Both the position numbers and the translations under genes were made by a program. Below the pieces are notes generated by a model. That model was not told the DNA's origin and ran no database searches. It saw only the letters and a program-made list of their open reading frames with translations. Of a stretch of DNA of 64,000 nucleotides, positions 27,921-40,000 are shown piece by piece (within the stretch, counting starts at the first letter, position 1; the number at the start of each line of letters is the position of its first letter). This DNA is from Balanoglossus misakiensis (lineage: Eukaryota > Animalia > Hemichordata), in NCBI GenBank assembly GCA_040954595.2, contig CM082590.2:3100001-3164000 (forward strand), given 5' to 3'.

Positions 27921-29485
27921 CTGCAGTTAAATACAAACAAAACAGTTTTCTTTTAAAGTCACTTCACAGCAAATGGCAATGTATCAGGAGACACTTCTTT
28001 TTAATTTTCTTTACATTTGTCAATCAGACTGAAATTTAGGGCGGCATATAGTTAGTTACTGTACAATGGGAAATTGATTTAGGCTGTGTCTAAAATTGAT
28101 GGTTAGTTTCAAGACACCTGTTGACCTAATTAATTATGTACACTCCTAATTCTAGGCTAACCAATAGATCTAGAAGTTTAGAGTTTGTAGGACATAGATC
28201 AGTTTAGGATCAAAACTTTTTGACAAAATTTTGGGTATCCACAGCAGATAATCCTTAGCATTCTGTAGGAACCCTGGGAATTGCTTGGGCCCAGTGAACA
28301 CTGCTTGCAGCTTTAATTCACCATGTTGTCAGATGCAGACATTTTGAAGAGAATATGATTTAAATTCTAAGCAGACTTTTGTTAAAGTGTAATGTTCATC
28401 TAACACACATTTGCCAAAGCAGAGACTCTAGTTACAAAATTGTTATCTATGCCACAAGTGCTGTCTTAACAACAGACAAGGTGGCGGCAACCATAGTCTG
28501 TGTCATAGATTAGGAAAAGACAGCAAATTGAGTGAAAAGAAGAGACAAAACTAAATTCTTCTTATCTGGCATGCAAGAAATATAGAAGGAAGCGAAGGCA
28601 GTCCACTATATGAATGCACGCACATAAAATTGTGCAGAATATTTGGATTGGACGTTATTTTGTACACACAAAATTAACGCATATGTGCATAAGAGTAAGA
28701 TGATTGTCGTCATTTAAAACTGTCTGTCAGAGGTTATCATCAGTGCTTCCACACTGGTACCATGGAAAAACTAGAGGAATTGAAAATAAGAATGAGACAA
28801 GATTTGTTGTATTTCTTTGTCGGTAATTTAGGTCTGCTTTCCTTCCAGCTTTTCCCCCCACACTAAAACTGAACAGGTTGGACCAGTCACACCTCCCTTA
28901 ATCCTATTGGTCCCAATGTTTATTTCATCAATATATCTATGGCATGCTGACTTGGACAATAATTCTGACACAAAATTGATCATGAGTGTGAACTGATTGC
29001 ATAAACATTTTTCGAAAGTACTTCCTGTAAAAAGGGAGGAGGCTCCACACACCAGACTATTTTTGTTTATGTACATGACTTACACATGCGGGGGTTGTCA
29101 ACTTGATGAAATAGCCATTCTCTAGATTTCCTATTGTTATAAGAGTGTACATAAACATGAAAAGTAAAATCATGAATATTAATAGATGTGGTGCGTATGG
29201 CCGATTTGAGGCAAATCAGCCATACCCACCACGTCTAAATCTGTGTGGGGAAAAGTTGTCATGTTGGGCAAATAGTTCATTGAATTTATTCTGTGTGACT
29301 GTCAGGTCTTCAATACATTAAAATCATTTTGGGAATGGCACAGACCATGTTATTTGTACCATCAAGAAAGCTCCTTTTTGAGAAAACTGATTTCATTTTT
29401 CCCCACATAACAATTCCCAGAAGTGCCACTGGTACCAGTCTTGGTTTTCAAAATATTCACTGTACACATTATTATGACAACTTAC

Positions 29486-29740
29486 TTGTAAGAGGTGTTT
29501 TAGTTGTTGATTTGTTGATTGTATATTGGATGGCTGTGCTTGCACTGCTTGTTGTTGTTGTTGTTGTTGTTGTTGTTGGGCTCTCTCTTGTTGTAACCTT
29601 TGTAATTGCTGTTGTTGTTGATGTTGTTGTCTTAGAGCTATGAGTTGACTTTGTCTGGCATGTTGATCTTGCTGTTGTTTCAATTCAAGTTCTTTTTTCT
29701 GTGCCATCTCTAGATTCTTCTGCAGTGCTTGAATATTCCT
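29486..29740 (-). pseudogene. MED25: MED25-like C-terminal coiled-coil/Q-rich exon with an LxxLL motif
   Basis: ctttcag|AGG...CAA|gtaag, 255 bp, phase 0-0. RNIQALQKNLEMAQKKELELKQ..NQQLKHLLQ resembles the post-ACID segment and NPQLRSLL NR-box of MED25 (from memory). Confidence 0.65.
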
Positions 29741-30854
29741 CTGAAAGATCAAACAAAGAAAAGTGTAAACATTCAAACATTGTCATCTGTGTCAATCTAC
29801 CTACATGTAACATGACTACAGGAGCTTCAGCCAAGCCAAGCTTTTCACTTGGGAGATTATTGAAATCAATTTAAAACTCAGCAACTCCAACTTCGGGTTA
29901 TTTTCTCAATACTTTTGTTTTGGCGGTCACCTTTCATTGAACAATGAATGGGCAAGTGCTCGCTCACTTCTTCACTGAATTTCACTGTTTGTGTATCTTA
30001 TCATAAAAAAACTTGGGCATCGCAGTCCTTTGGACAAAAATATTCATGTGTGGTGATTTAAAATCAATGTTGCAAGAAGAAGAATTAATCACAGGATTAA
30101 CGGTTTCTGATTGAAAAATACTAAATGCTTAATATGCCATATGCCGTACACAGAGTGATCACATTAGTCAATAGGACAGCTGTTCCAAAGGACTAAAATG
30201 ATGGCAACGTTTTAATATTATATTTATTTTACAAAACCTTGCATCTGAGCTTTACTTTAAAGTACTTCCATTTACTAGTAGTACAAGTGCACATCAGTTA
30301 ACATTGACAGCTAGGCATGACGTCATAGATGTAGGACTTCAAAATGGACATTCTGAACAGTGGGGGCGCTCTATCATGGTGGATTTTAATGAACATGTGT
30401 ATTTAATTTCATCACTCACATTTGTCCATGGAAACTGTATTTTTACATACGCTTATAGTTAAGGCATTTGCAGTATCTAGTCATATTACAGTAATACACC
30501 AGACATGTTCTTAACTCAACTAAATGTGTGTAAGTTCAATTTCTGACCTCACTCAGATTACCCAAGTCAATGTGACAAACTCTACTGCAAGTATACAGAC
30601 TTGAACTCCGGAAAAACTAGTCACCTACAATACTTGAAATGGAGCCACATCCAAAACTTGACTTTGAGATCTTTTATCAAATCAGTTTTCCTTTTAGAAT
30701 TAGAACTCCCATGCAATTTTTGTGACAGAGGAAATAAATAGATTCTCAGAAAAAAACAGTTTCCTCTTTAAAGATCCAACCTTACCATAGAAAATAAAAG
30801 GTTTAGACTGAACCATAGTGGTGAAAGGGTTAAGCCAGAGCATGTATCAAAATA

Positions 30855-31024
30855 CAGTAAAACCTGTCTCAACCGAACCCTGTCTAATCTGGAAACCTGT
30901 CTATTTCAAAGACATTGTTCAAACCTTTTGACATAGAACCACATGTTGAAAGAACCTCTTTAAATTGTACACCTGCAATCTGAACAATTTCTTCAGTCCC
31001 TTTGGTGTTAGACAGGTTTGACTG
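30855..31024. mobile_element. Tc1/mariner-pogo-type MITE (CAGT..ACTG, TA TSD)
   Basis: TA|CAGTAAAACCTGTC...GACAGGTTTGACTG|TA. Confidence 0.75.
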
Positions 31025-31482
31025 TACTTGAAAGTGCAATTGAACAAAAATGCTAAAAAATATAATTGCAGAGAGTCAGTATTTTAGGCTGGGCATCATC
31101 TACATAGTTCCCAGAATCAATACTGTCACAGTAGTCCATTTCTCTATGTACCAAATTTTTATAAAACATTGCTATGCAGTCATGTTACCCTTCCAAGATG
31201 CAAACATGAGGCCAGTTGGTCACAAAGTAAAAACTTGATTGTCTTGTGTATCAACACTACAGTTGGGACTTATGTTCGACAGCCACATTTTATTGTAAGG
31301 TCAGTTTTACACGCAACTTGTATCATGTATACAACAAACTAGATGAGCTCGAGCAGTACTCTACTGACCGCCTTTTTCACATTGTCTGCATTGAGATGAC
31401 ACTTTATTTTGGAAGGCTGCCCTCTTTATGAAAAATGTCATGATTGTGTTACACGTAAAAAAGACAGAAATCAACACAACAG

Positions 31483-31667
31483 CAGTCAAACCTGCTCATT
31501 ATGGCTAGTGAAGGGACTTTTCTAAACTGGCCTTTATAGATAAGTGGCCATTATACCTTGTAGAAAGTCAATTAATGTACATGTAAATTGCACAGGGACT
31601 AGAATAAAGTGGCCACTATATAGAGGTGGCTGCCTAATAGAGGTGGCCACTCAAACAGGTTTGACTG
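31483..31667. mobile_element. Tc1/mariner-pogo-type MITE
   Basis: CAGTCAAACCTG...CAGGTTTGACTG|TA. Confidence 0.7.
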
Positions 31668-31808
31668 TATGTTGATTTGTGTCATGAATAGCCGACATTT
31701 ACCAATGACTGATTGTACAATATATGATTTCAGTGTCACATATACATGTATAAGACACTAAGTACAAACCCATACATCTTACTTTCTCTCCAAATTGTAG
31801 ATACTCAC

Positions 31809-31918
31809 CAACGCATGTATGTTGAATCCTGGTCTGCAACCACACTGGTAACTGGTTGGTGTGTTGTAACATACTCGTTGGCATGGTGACCAACCAGCTT
31901 GATCGCACTCATTGTCAT
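31809..31918 (-). pseudogene. Calcium-binding EGF exon 4 (phase 1 to 0; sixth Cys not in the exon)
   Basis: ctgcag|AT GAC AAT GAG TGC...TTG|gtgagt, reading (D)DNECDQAGWSPCQRVCYNTPTSYQCGCRPGFNIHAL. Confidence 0.85.
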
Positions 31919-32164
31919 CTGCAGGGAAAACACAAATATCATAAAATGTATTAGAATGAATACATGTGAATTACAGTTGTCTTTGAGTGCACATTTGAAA
32001 ATATACGACAAGAGAGCAAAATTGTGTGAAACTTAATAAATATCATCTGGCATACAACTTGGTCATATCATATGTTTATCTGTACCAGTACTGAATACTG
32101 ATAAACAAACAATGTAGTAACCAAATAACATTTAACAAGGTAGTGTTTGAAAGCCAAAAATATC

Positions 32165-32960
32165 ATGCATAAGACAACAAACTCATTGTTTTGGCTCCGA
32201 AGTGTAAACAGAGGAGTCTGTCAAGTTGGGTATGAGCTACTACTTCCGTCTGTCAAACTACTTCCGTCCGTCAAGAATTCATACCATTTTCTAGTAGGGG
32301 TGTGTAGCTTTATGTTTTTGGCGGTGGTGTGTAGCTTTGAGGTGTTGAGGAAGAATTGGAACAGTGACAGAAATCGGAACGGATTAGCCAGCAGTGTTTT
32401 CACTACCCGCGAGAAAACAGTTGTGTTTGGCGAGACGATTTTCATACAAATTGGTCAAACTTGTGAAGAACTGCTATCTAACATCGTCATTTGTTTTGCC
32501 ATGATCAACTTGCCACGATCAGTGCACTACAATGCGTGAAATTGGACCGCTGTTCTGTTCATTGATCATCACCCCCCCCCTGTATCATGAACATTGTAAG
32601 GCAATACATTGAATTCAGCTCTTCCAGCTAGTGGCCGCACTCGCTTGATTTCCTGTGTGTGTCTCTGGGGACACAAATAATGCATATGCGTCTTTTTCTA
32701 ATTTGCATATTTTGAATTGGTTAGGTGTGCCTTGACTTGAACGCGTCAAGCGTACAGGTTGTTATGGAAGTTTCTTTTTAGAACGACTAGTGTTAGTCTG
32801 TGGGCCCAACCAGCAAAAATAAGTTCTAGAAATGTCATTATGTTGTATAAGAGTTTTGTTCTACATGAAATTAGCTGGAAATGACAGGTGGGAAACTATT
32901 GATGTGAAATCAGGTCACTTCTACCGAAAATGATGGACCAGAGAGCAATGACTTTTTAAA
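32165..32960. mobile_element. CpG-rich putative non-autonomous DNA element
   Basis: CpG-rich, with repeated CTACTTCCGTC. Weak inverted similarity of the ends (AACTCATTGTTTTGGCTCC vs GGACCAGAGAGCAATGACTT). Confidence 0.3.
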
Positions 32961-33770
32961 ATTATTTCATATACTATGTTCACAACTGCTATGCTCCCAT
33001 AAACTGGGGAAACTAAATGATTGAACTTTCTGTTTGAACAATTCATGTATTTTTTTGCTAACACCTACACTACTATAGTCAGCACATGACATTACCTATA
33101 TACTTGAAAATGGAGAACTTTTTATCAAAACACTTAAGCTGATCTTGAATGCTGTCTGATATTTTTTTTCAAAATATATTTCTTTCACGTTTAGACTAGT
33201 GCTTCTACTTGCACTGTTTTTTTTTCAAAACACATTTCTCATAGCTTGCACTGGTGCAATTTGATACGACAATACACAATGAATTCCATCAGTATAACAT
33301 AAGATACAAAATCTGAGAGGGAAATGACAGAATATATTTGTGTGAGGCCATTTGTGTGTGCGGGCCATTTTAAGACTAAATTTAAAACAGTTATTAGAGC
33401 CATTGACAAGTGGTTTTTCCCTCTGCCAAGCACCCACCTTATCAAGCTTCATTCAATATTACATGAGCAAAACAGTTCAGCATTTCACCTTGGTGTTTGC
33501 AAATTGTTCCTTTCACCCATATACCAAACCACTGTTCTCCAAACATGCTGCTCATCAGCCACTACACACTGAGAGAGCACCAGGTGTCCTTGACGCTATT
33601 TTTTTAAATTTCTAACTATGGAAAGTGCCTGATAACTTTTAATTATTTTCTGTTTTAACATGGTGACTGACTGTAAAGTCTGTCACTTACAACTTCTGTA
33701 AGCGCCCTTTTGAAGCAGGAAATGCAAATCCATTGTTGACCTATCCCCTCCCCACTCAAAAAAAACTTAC

Positions 33771-33890
33771 CTAAACAATTGACATGCTCTGCACTCAGAG
33801 AGAAACCATCATCACCACAACTACAGCTGAATCCACCCTCTGCATTGAGAAAACCTCCAGCACAAACAGAATCTGAACACTCATTCACAT
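33771..33890 (-). pseudogene. Calcium-binding EGF exon 3 (phase 1-1; third Cys replaced by Phe)
   Basis: tttcag|AT GTG AAT GAG TGT...TTA G|gtaag, reading (D)VNECSDSVCAGGFLNAEGGFSCSCGDDGFSLSAEHVNCL. Confidence 0.85.
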
Positions 33891-34207
33891 CTGAAAATAG
33901 AGAGAAAAAAACATCCGTTGTAATTATTCAAGTCAATACCAATCCTCCCTTCCTTTAAAAATTTCCATAAAGTGAACAAATTCACATGGCTTTGAAATTA
34001 GTATTAACAGTGATATTTATAATATTTCTAACAGGCCTGACTTTTCTAAACTTTGAGTTTCTTTGTGGATTTGTAGAAATGATCTACAAACTGAGCTGTC
34101 AGGTCATAACTGTTTGTGCTTTGGCATGTACACATATCCCAGTATGCCCTACATGGTTGGCAGTGAAATTGATAAAATCTTCACCTAAGATTTCAAACTC
34201 GTAGATC

Positions 34208-34614
34208 TTAATAGATTCTCACACTCCTGGCATGCTGAGAGTGTGGGATCAGAGTGTGAGAACAAATCAATCCCACACACTCACTGAATCGAAAGCTGTA
34301 TATGACGCGAGCGCCGATTGGATGACAAAGCGTTTTTTAATAATGTGCGCTAAATGTTATCCAATGACACGATAAAGAAACTACATGCCAGATGACAATT
34401 CAAGAGTCATTTATTCAATGTTTTAAGACGAATTTAGCTAATTTGTGCCCGTGTGAGAAATATAATCTCATACACAAAGGACCTAGGATCATATTTCCCA
34501 CACTCGTCAGGGATATTTTGTCCCACACTCGCCTGCGGCTTGTGTGGGACATAAAATCCCCAACTCATGTCAGAATTATGACCCCTAGTCCTTGGGAGTG
34601 TGAGATTCTATTAA
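34208..34614. mobile_element. Short inverted-repeat-bounded non-autonomous element (possibly Crypton-type)
   Basis: TTAATAGATTCTCACACTCC...GGAGTGTGAGATTCTATTAA, with an internal hairpin CCCACACTCGCCTGCGGCTTGTGTGGG. A similar style of element lies at ~53975-54350. Confidence 0.6.
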
Positions 34615-35419
34615 TCTCACAACCTTAGGACCTGGGATAAGATTTCTCAGATGAGTTGGTGATATTTTGGCTTGTGTTAGTCAACATATACCTGATAAGT
34701 GTAAAAAATTGCGTCAAGGACACAGTGGTCCCATTCAGTCTACACGGAGTACATATACACAGTCAGATCGCACGGTGCTCATTTGCATATGAAAGTTCAT
34801 CAAGCGAGCGACCGTTAACTTTCAAACAGACGGCAATAGGCCAGTTTTCAAGGTGATTTTCAACTTGATTTTTACGCTCTGTTGTGCAATAAAATACCAT
34901 GTTAGCTGGATAAATTACGAAAGTGATTCCCATTTTTCACTGCATACGTAAATTTTATGAAAATCTGTGGTAATAGTAAAAGTTTTTAACGTGTTTTCGG
35001 TGGTATGTTGGTGACCCCGAAAGAGACGTCCACAAACGTGTCAAAAATCATTTGAAAACGACCTCAGAAAGTAACCAAACTTTCCTGATAGAGAGGTCTA
35101 ATATCGGTCCCAACATCCGTGAAAAGAAATTAATTTGAAATGCTTGCGTAACAGGAAGTGTTGCATTGATCGTGAAACGATAAGTTTACCATGGGGAAAC
35201 AGTCTTTGAAAGGCAATTCTTAAGTAAAACAGTTACTGGATAATGGATAACACCCTAAGGTAACATATTAGCCAAGTTTTAACTTAATTACTGGCCTGAT
35301 TTCGACACAACATCGATCAATCGCCTACAAATGTAGGTCCCATATGGACAGAATGCCAGGTTTACCATACATGACTACGTACGTGTGAGGAGCACAGCTG
35401 GTGTATTTTTTTTTTCTCC

Positions 35420-36327
35420 GTATCATGGCCTGGGATATAAGTAGATGTTTCGAATATGCAAAATGCCAACTGTAACTTCGAAACCATTTCCCTTTATTCG
35501 CTTATGATATGTGCAATAAATATTGTGTCTGAAGGCAAGCAATTTTGTTTTGACTTTTGTTGTCATCATTGCATTGGGCTGAACATGACAGAGTTTGAGC
35601 TGATCAGCTGACTTCAAGTTTCGATTTGGAACATATAATTTGATCATATCAGACAGATATGATGGTCAAAGTCTATGAATGAATTCAAAAATAAGAAATA
35701 ACATCTTGAAAACAATACGATCAGACACAGGTAACCAATGCAACTGAAATTGCATTGATGTAAAAGGTGATTTTGGAACTAGCAGCAATATTTTGAACTT
35801 GAATACGACTGATCTCGTACTTAGGGAGCCCAAATAAAAGTGAATTACACAAATCTATTCGAAATGCAACAAAAGCAGGAACTTTATTGCTCTGTGGCGG
35901 CTTGAGATAAATATTTACAGACAAGTGCAATATGCTGCAAATGAAAAGCGACTGAATGGCAGATCTGTGCAATCATTGTCAGACAATGAACAGGTTTCAG
36001 AGCATCACATGAATTTCTGTAATCCCTCTGGCAGATAGATTACCCGAAGTAGCAGAAAAAATAACAAATTCAGTCTTATCGTTATTTAAACACAAGACAT
36101 TTTCAGACATCCAGTACCGCATAAAGCATTCTGGGAGCATTCTCGTTGGTAAAAGACAATGAAGAGCCATCTGCATAAAAGCTATATACAGGCATCCATG
36201 ACTAGAAACTAATTTCCCTAATGGAGAAGTGTACATATTAAAAAGTAGAGGACAAAGAAGTGATCGTTGTGTTACCGCAGTGTCAAGCGGATAAAATGGT
36301 GATTGTTTGGAACACGGTTATAGTAAC
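35420..36327 (-). mobile_element. Degraded L2/CR1-clade LINE RT fragment (3' part)
   Basis: TQRSLLCPLLFNMYTSPL (VPQGS..GPLLF-like), a YAD motif, WMSENVLCLNNDKTE, RIDLCNSLLFGLP, RNLKSAD. Many frameshifts. Confidence 0.8.
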
Positions 36328-36331
36328 CATG

Positions 36332-36975
36332 TGTCACGGTTGTCGCCGTTCATTCCAACATATTCACACCAAACAGGTTACGGGTAACAAAGACATAGGC
36401 CTTACATTTAATAACTGAAATGGAACAAATACATGTCAGTTCCACAACGTGTGTGGCCGGTCTGGCTACAGAGGTGAACTGCTAAATTACACACATGTAT
36501 GGGAGTTCACCTCCAACAGAATACACCAAAATTCATGCAAGTGAAAAATATAGACATACAATTGGAAAATTGACGCAAGTTAACGACACCAATTACTTGT
36601 GCTGAAATGAGTCGGTAGAATGCACCAAAATACAAAGCTTCAAGCAACAGGTAAGGTACAAGGAAACTAACCTGAAATGGAACAAATACATGTCAGTTCC
36701 AACGTGTGTGGCCGGTCTGGCTACAGAGGTGAACTGACCAATTTTATGCACCATGTCCTTTTATATCAGCAATTACATCATAGTGCCAGATTAGCTTGTG
36801 TTCATTGGTCAAATGAAACTTCCAGGTGGTTTGCATATAATTAAGATCAACCAATTGAAGGTAAGTACTATTACGTCATATGAATAATTGAATAACTAAT
36901 TACTATAAGATACAGGTATAACATACATACAGATATACATGTATACAAATTCAATGGATCAACAAGGCCGTTACA
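36332..36975 (-). repeat. 3' LTR
   Basis: TGTCACGG...CCGTTACA. One substitution relative to the 5' LTR seen by eye (36438 vs 43715). Preceded on the minus strand by a short purine-rich tract (GCAGGGG). Confidence 0.95.
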
Positions 36976-37034
36976 CGCACCCCTGCGAGGAGAAATGGCG
37001 TCCTCGTCATTTAAAGTAAGTTAAAGATATTTGA

Positions 37035-40000
37035 TTAATAGTGGCAATTAATAAATGGTATAGAAGATAAAGTCGTATGAGCAAACTGTTTTAGATTCCA
37101 TTGTTCGGGACTATATCTATCTGGAGGTCGTCTCTGTCGTGTAGGATAGCGTGGTTCAGGTTGAGTACTACTACTGGAGTCAGGACTGATGTTGGTTGTA
37201 GCAGGAGTGATACCATCTGGATCGCTCGATGACCAACCATCCGTACTTTGCAAAATATGATTCGAGAAATCTGAGGTAAGTACTTGAGAAGGTCCATCCG
37301 GATTAACCATACTTGTGGGGTTGTCCATCAGGGAACTTTCTCTTCTGGATGGGATGAATTCTGCAGCAGTAGGATTAAGAGCATTGTGTTCTGTTGGCAA
37401 GTTGATAGTTGACACGAATTGCAATTTACCAATGCCGTCATCCTCTTCGTCCACTGCATCCTGGGTAGCATCGTTGATAACACCCGGTACACTCTGCTTA
37501 ACATCACGCTGCGTCATCTTGGTGTTAACATCGTCATCCAGTTCGTCCGGAATTATTGGTATTGGGAGTAGCAAATTTCTATGTAGTGTCCGCTTCCTTC
37601 CACCCTTAACTTGTTTTTGTACCACGTATACTGGAATGTCTTCTATGGGCTGTGAAATCACTGTATATGGATCCTTTTCCCATTGGTCTGCCAATTTGTA
37701 ATTGTCTTTAGGTCCTGTATTCTTCACCAACACAGTATCACCAGGTTGTATTATGGCCACCTTCACTTTTCTATCATATGACTTCTTCTGCCGTTCACCA
37801 GACTTAACAGACCGTTCCGTTGCTACTTTATAGGCGTAATCCAACCGTTCGGCAAGTTTCGTCACATAATCTGAAACTGTTCCACCATATTCTAGGTTGG
37901 TCTGGTCTGCATGTCCAGATACATCTATAGGCAGTCTTGGTTCACGACCAAACATCAAAAAGAAAGGTGAATATCCTGTGCTTTCATGCTTTGTAGAATT
38001 ATAGGCATGAACCATCGTATTGACATGTGAAGCCCATCTTGTCTTGTTGTCTTTATTCATAGTTCCAAGCATCTGTAATAACGTCTTATTAAATCGTTCG
38101 CACATTCCATTTCCCTGGGGGTGGTATGGAGTGGTCCTGGACTTCTTAATATTTGCTATTCGGCAAAGTTCCTGAATTGTAGACGACTCAAAGTTTCGCC
38201 CCTGGTCACTGTGTAATCGTCCTGGGAACCCATAATGCAAAATCAAATGTTCAAACAATGCTTTGGCAGTTGTTTTGGCAGACTGGTTCTTTGTAGGTAC
38301 TGCTATAGCGTATCGAGTGAAATGATCCGTCATCACTAATATGTTGCTATATCCTTGATCTGGTGTTGGTATATGGAGAAAGTCGATGCACACCATTTCC
38401 ATCGGTTGTGATGTGTGAATATTAACCAAGGGAGTTCTGGGTAATGAAGTTGAACTTTTCCTGCGAATGCATGGTAAACAATGTTCCACTTTCTTTTGAA
38501 CATCCATCGACATCCTAGGCCAGTAGAATCTTCGTCGTACCAGATCCAGGGTTTTATCTTGGCCAAAGTGTCCAAGTTTATCATGTAGTTCCTCCAGGAC
38601 ATCTTTTCTATGGTGTACTGGTAAGACAAGTTGCAAATATTGTATATCATCGATGAAGCATTTCCTGTATAGGACTCCATTCTTCAGAACAAGGCGTTTC
38701 CAATCTCGTATAAGTAGTCTGATATCTCCTGTATGATCTCTCATAAGTGGTTTGTGGTCCTTTTCAAGCTGATCAGTCACATACCGTATTGTTGAATCTT
38801 TGGACTGCTCCGTCTTCCAGAACACATCATCCCCACCTTGAACTACTGCAGGTCTGTCCTCATCTGCTACCATTCCGAATGAAGTTACGTATGGACCTTC
38901 TGTTGCTCGACAAAGCGCCTGGACTACATCGGCTCCCAGATTGGTTTCCGTCTCTGGATTCCCTCTATTCCATGGAATCCTAGACAAAGCGTCAGCCTCT
39001 ATATTCTTCTTACCACTCCGGTAAACAATAGAGAAGTCGTACAATGACAAGTCTGACAACCATCTGTGTCCCACCGCATCCAGTTTCGCAGAAGTTAACA
39101 CATACGTCAAAGGGTTGTTGTCTGTAAACACAGTGAATTTGCTTCCATACAGGTAGTCGTTGAACTTCTTGGTGACGGCCCATTTCAGTGCCAAAAATTC
39201 TAATTTATGAGCTGGATAATTACTTTCAGACTTGGTGAGTCCTCTACTTGCATAGGCAATTACTCTGAGAATACCTTTCTGGCGTTGATACAGCACTGCT
39301 CCCAGACCTGTGGAACTTGCATCAGTATGTATTTCAAATGGAAGTGAGTAGTCAGCAAAGGCTAGTATTGGTGACGACATTAGGCTCTTCCTCAGAGTGT
39401 CGAAAGCTTGTTGTTCCTGTTGTCCCCACTGGAGTTTTTCAAATTTTCCCGCCTTATTCCTTGACTGACGTCCACACAGCAAGTCGTTAAGTGGCTTGGC
39501 AATATTACTGTAGCTTTGGATAAATCTCCTGTAATACCCTGCAAATCCAAGAAATCTTCTCAGTTCTGTTACAGTAGTGGGTATTGGCCATTCCTTCAGA
39601 GCTGCTACCTTGTCTGGGTCCGTTGTAATTCCGTCGGCTGATACCACGTGTCCAAGATATTTCACCTTCTTCTGGAATAAAACACATTTCGTTGCCTTCA
39701 ACTTTAATCCATGTGATGCCAGCCGCTGGAATACCCGCTCCAATCTATTGAGGTGGTCTTCAAAAGTCTTCGAAAATACTATGATGTCATCTAAATACAC
39801 ACAACATTCTCTGAACGCCAATTCTCCAAAACACTTCTCCATGAGACGCTGGAAAGTTGCAGGTGCGTTGGTCAGACCCATAGACATACGGTTGAATTCA
39901 AATAAGCCGAAGTTTCCCACCGTGAAAGCTGTCTTCGCTTTGTCGTCTTCCGCCATCTCTACTTGGTAATATCCAGACCGTAGATCAAGCGATGAAAACC

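Noticed and set aside
27718-29643. Poly-Val (plus strand) and poly-Thr ORFs as membrane or mucin proteins
   Set aside because: They are antisense or alternative-frame readings of the CAA/CAG poly-Gln exons.
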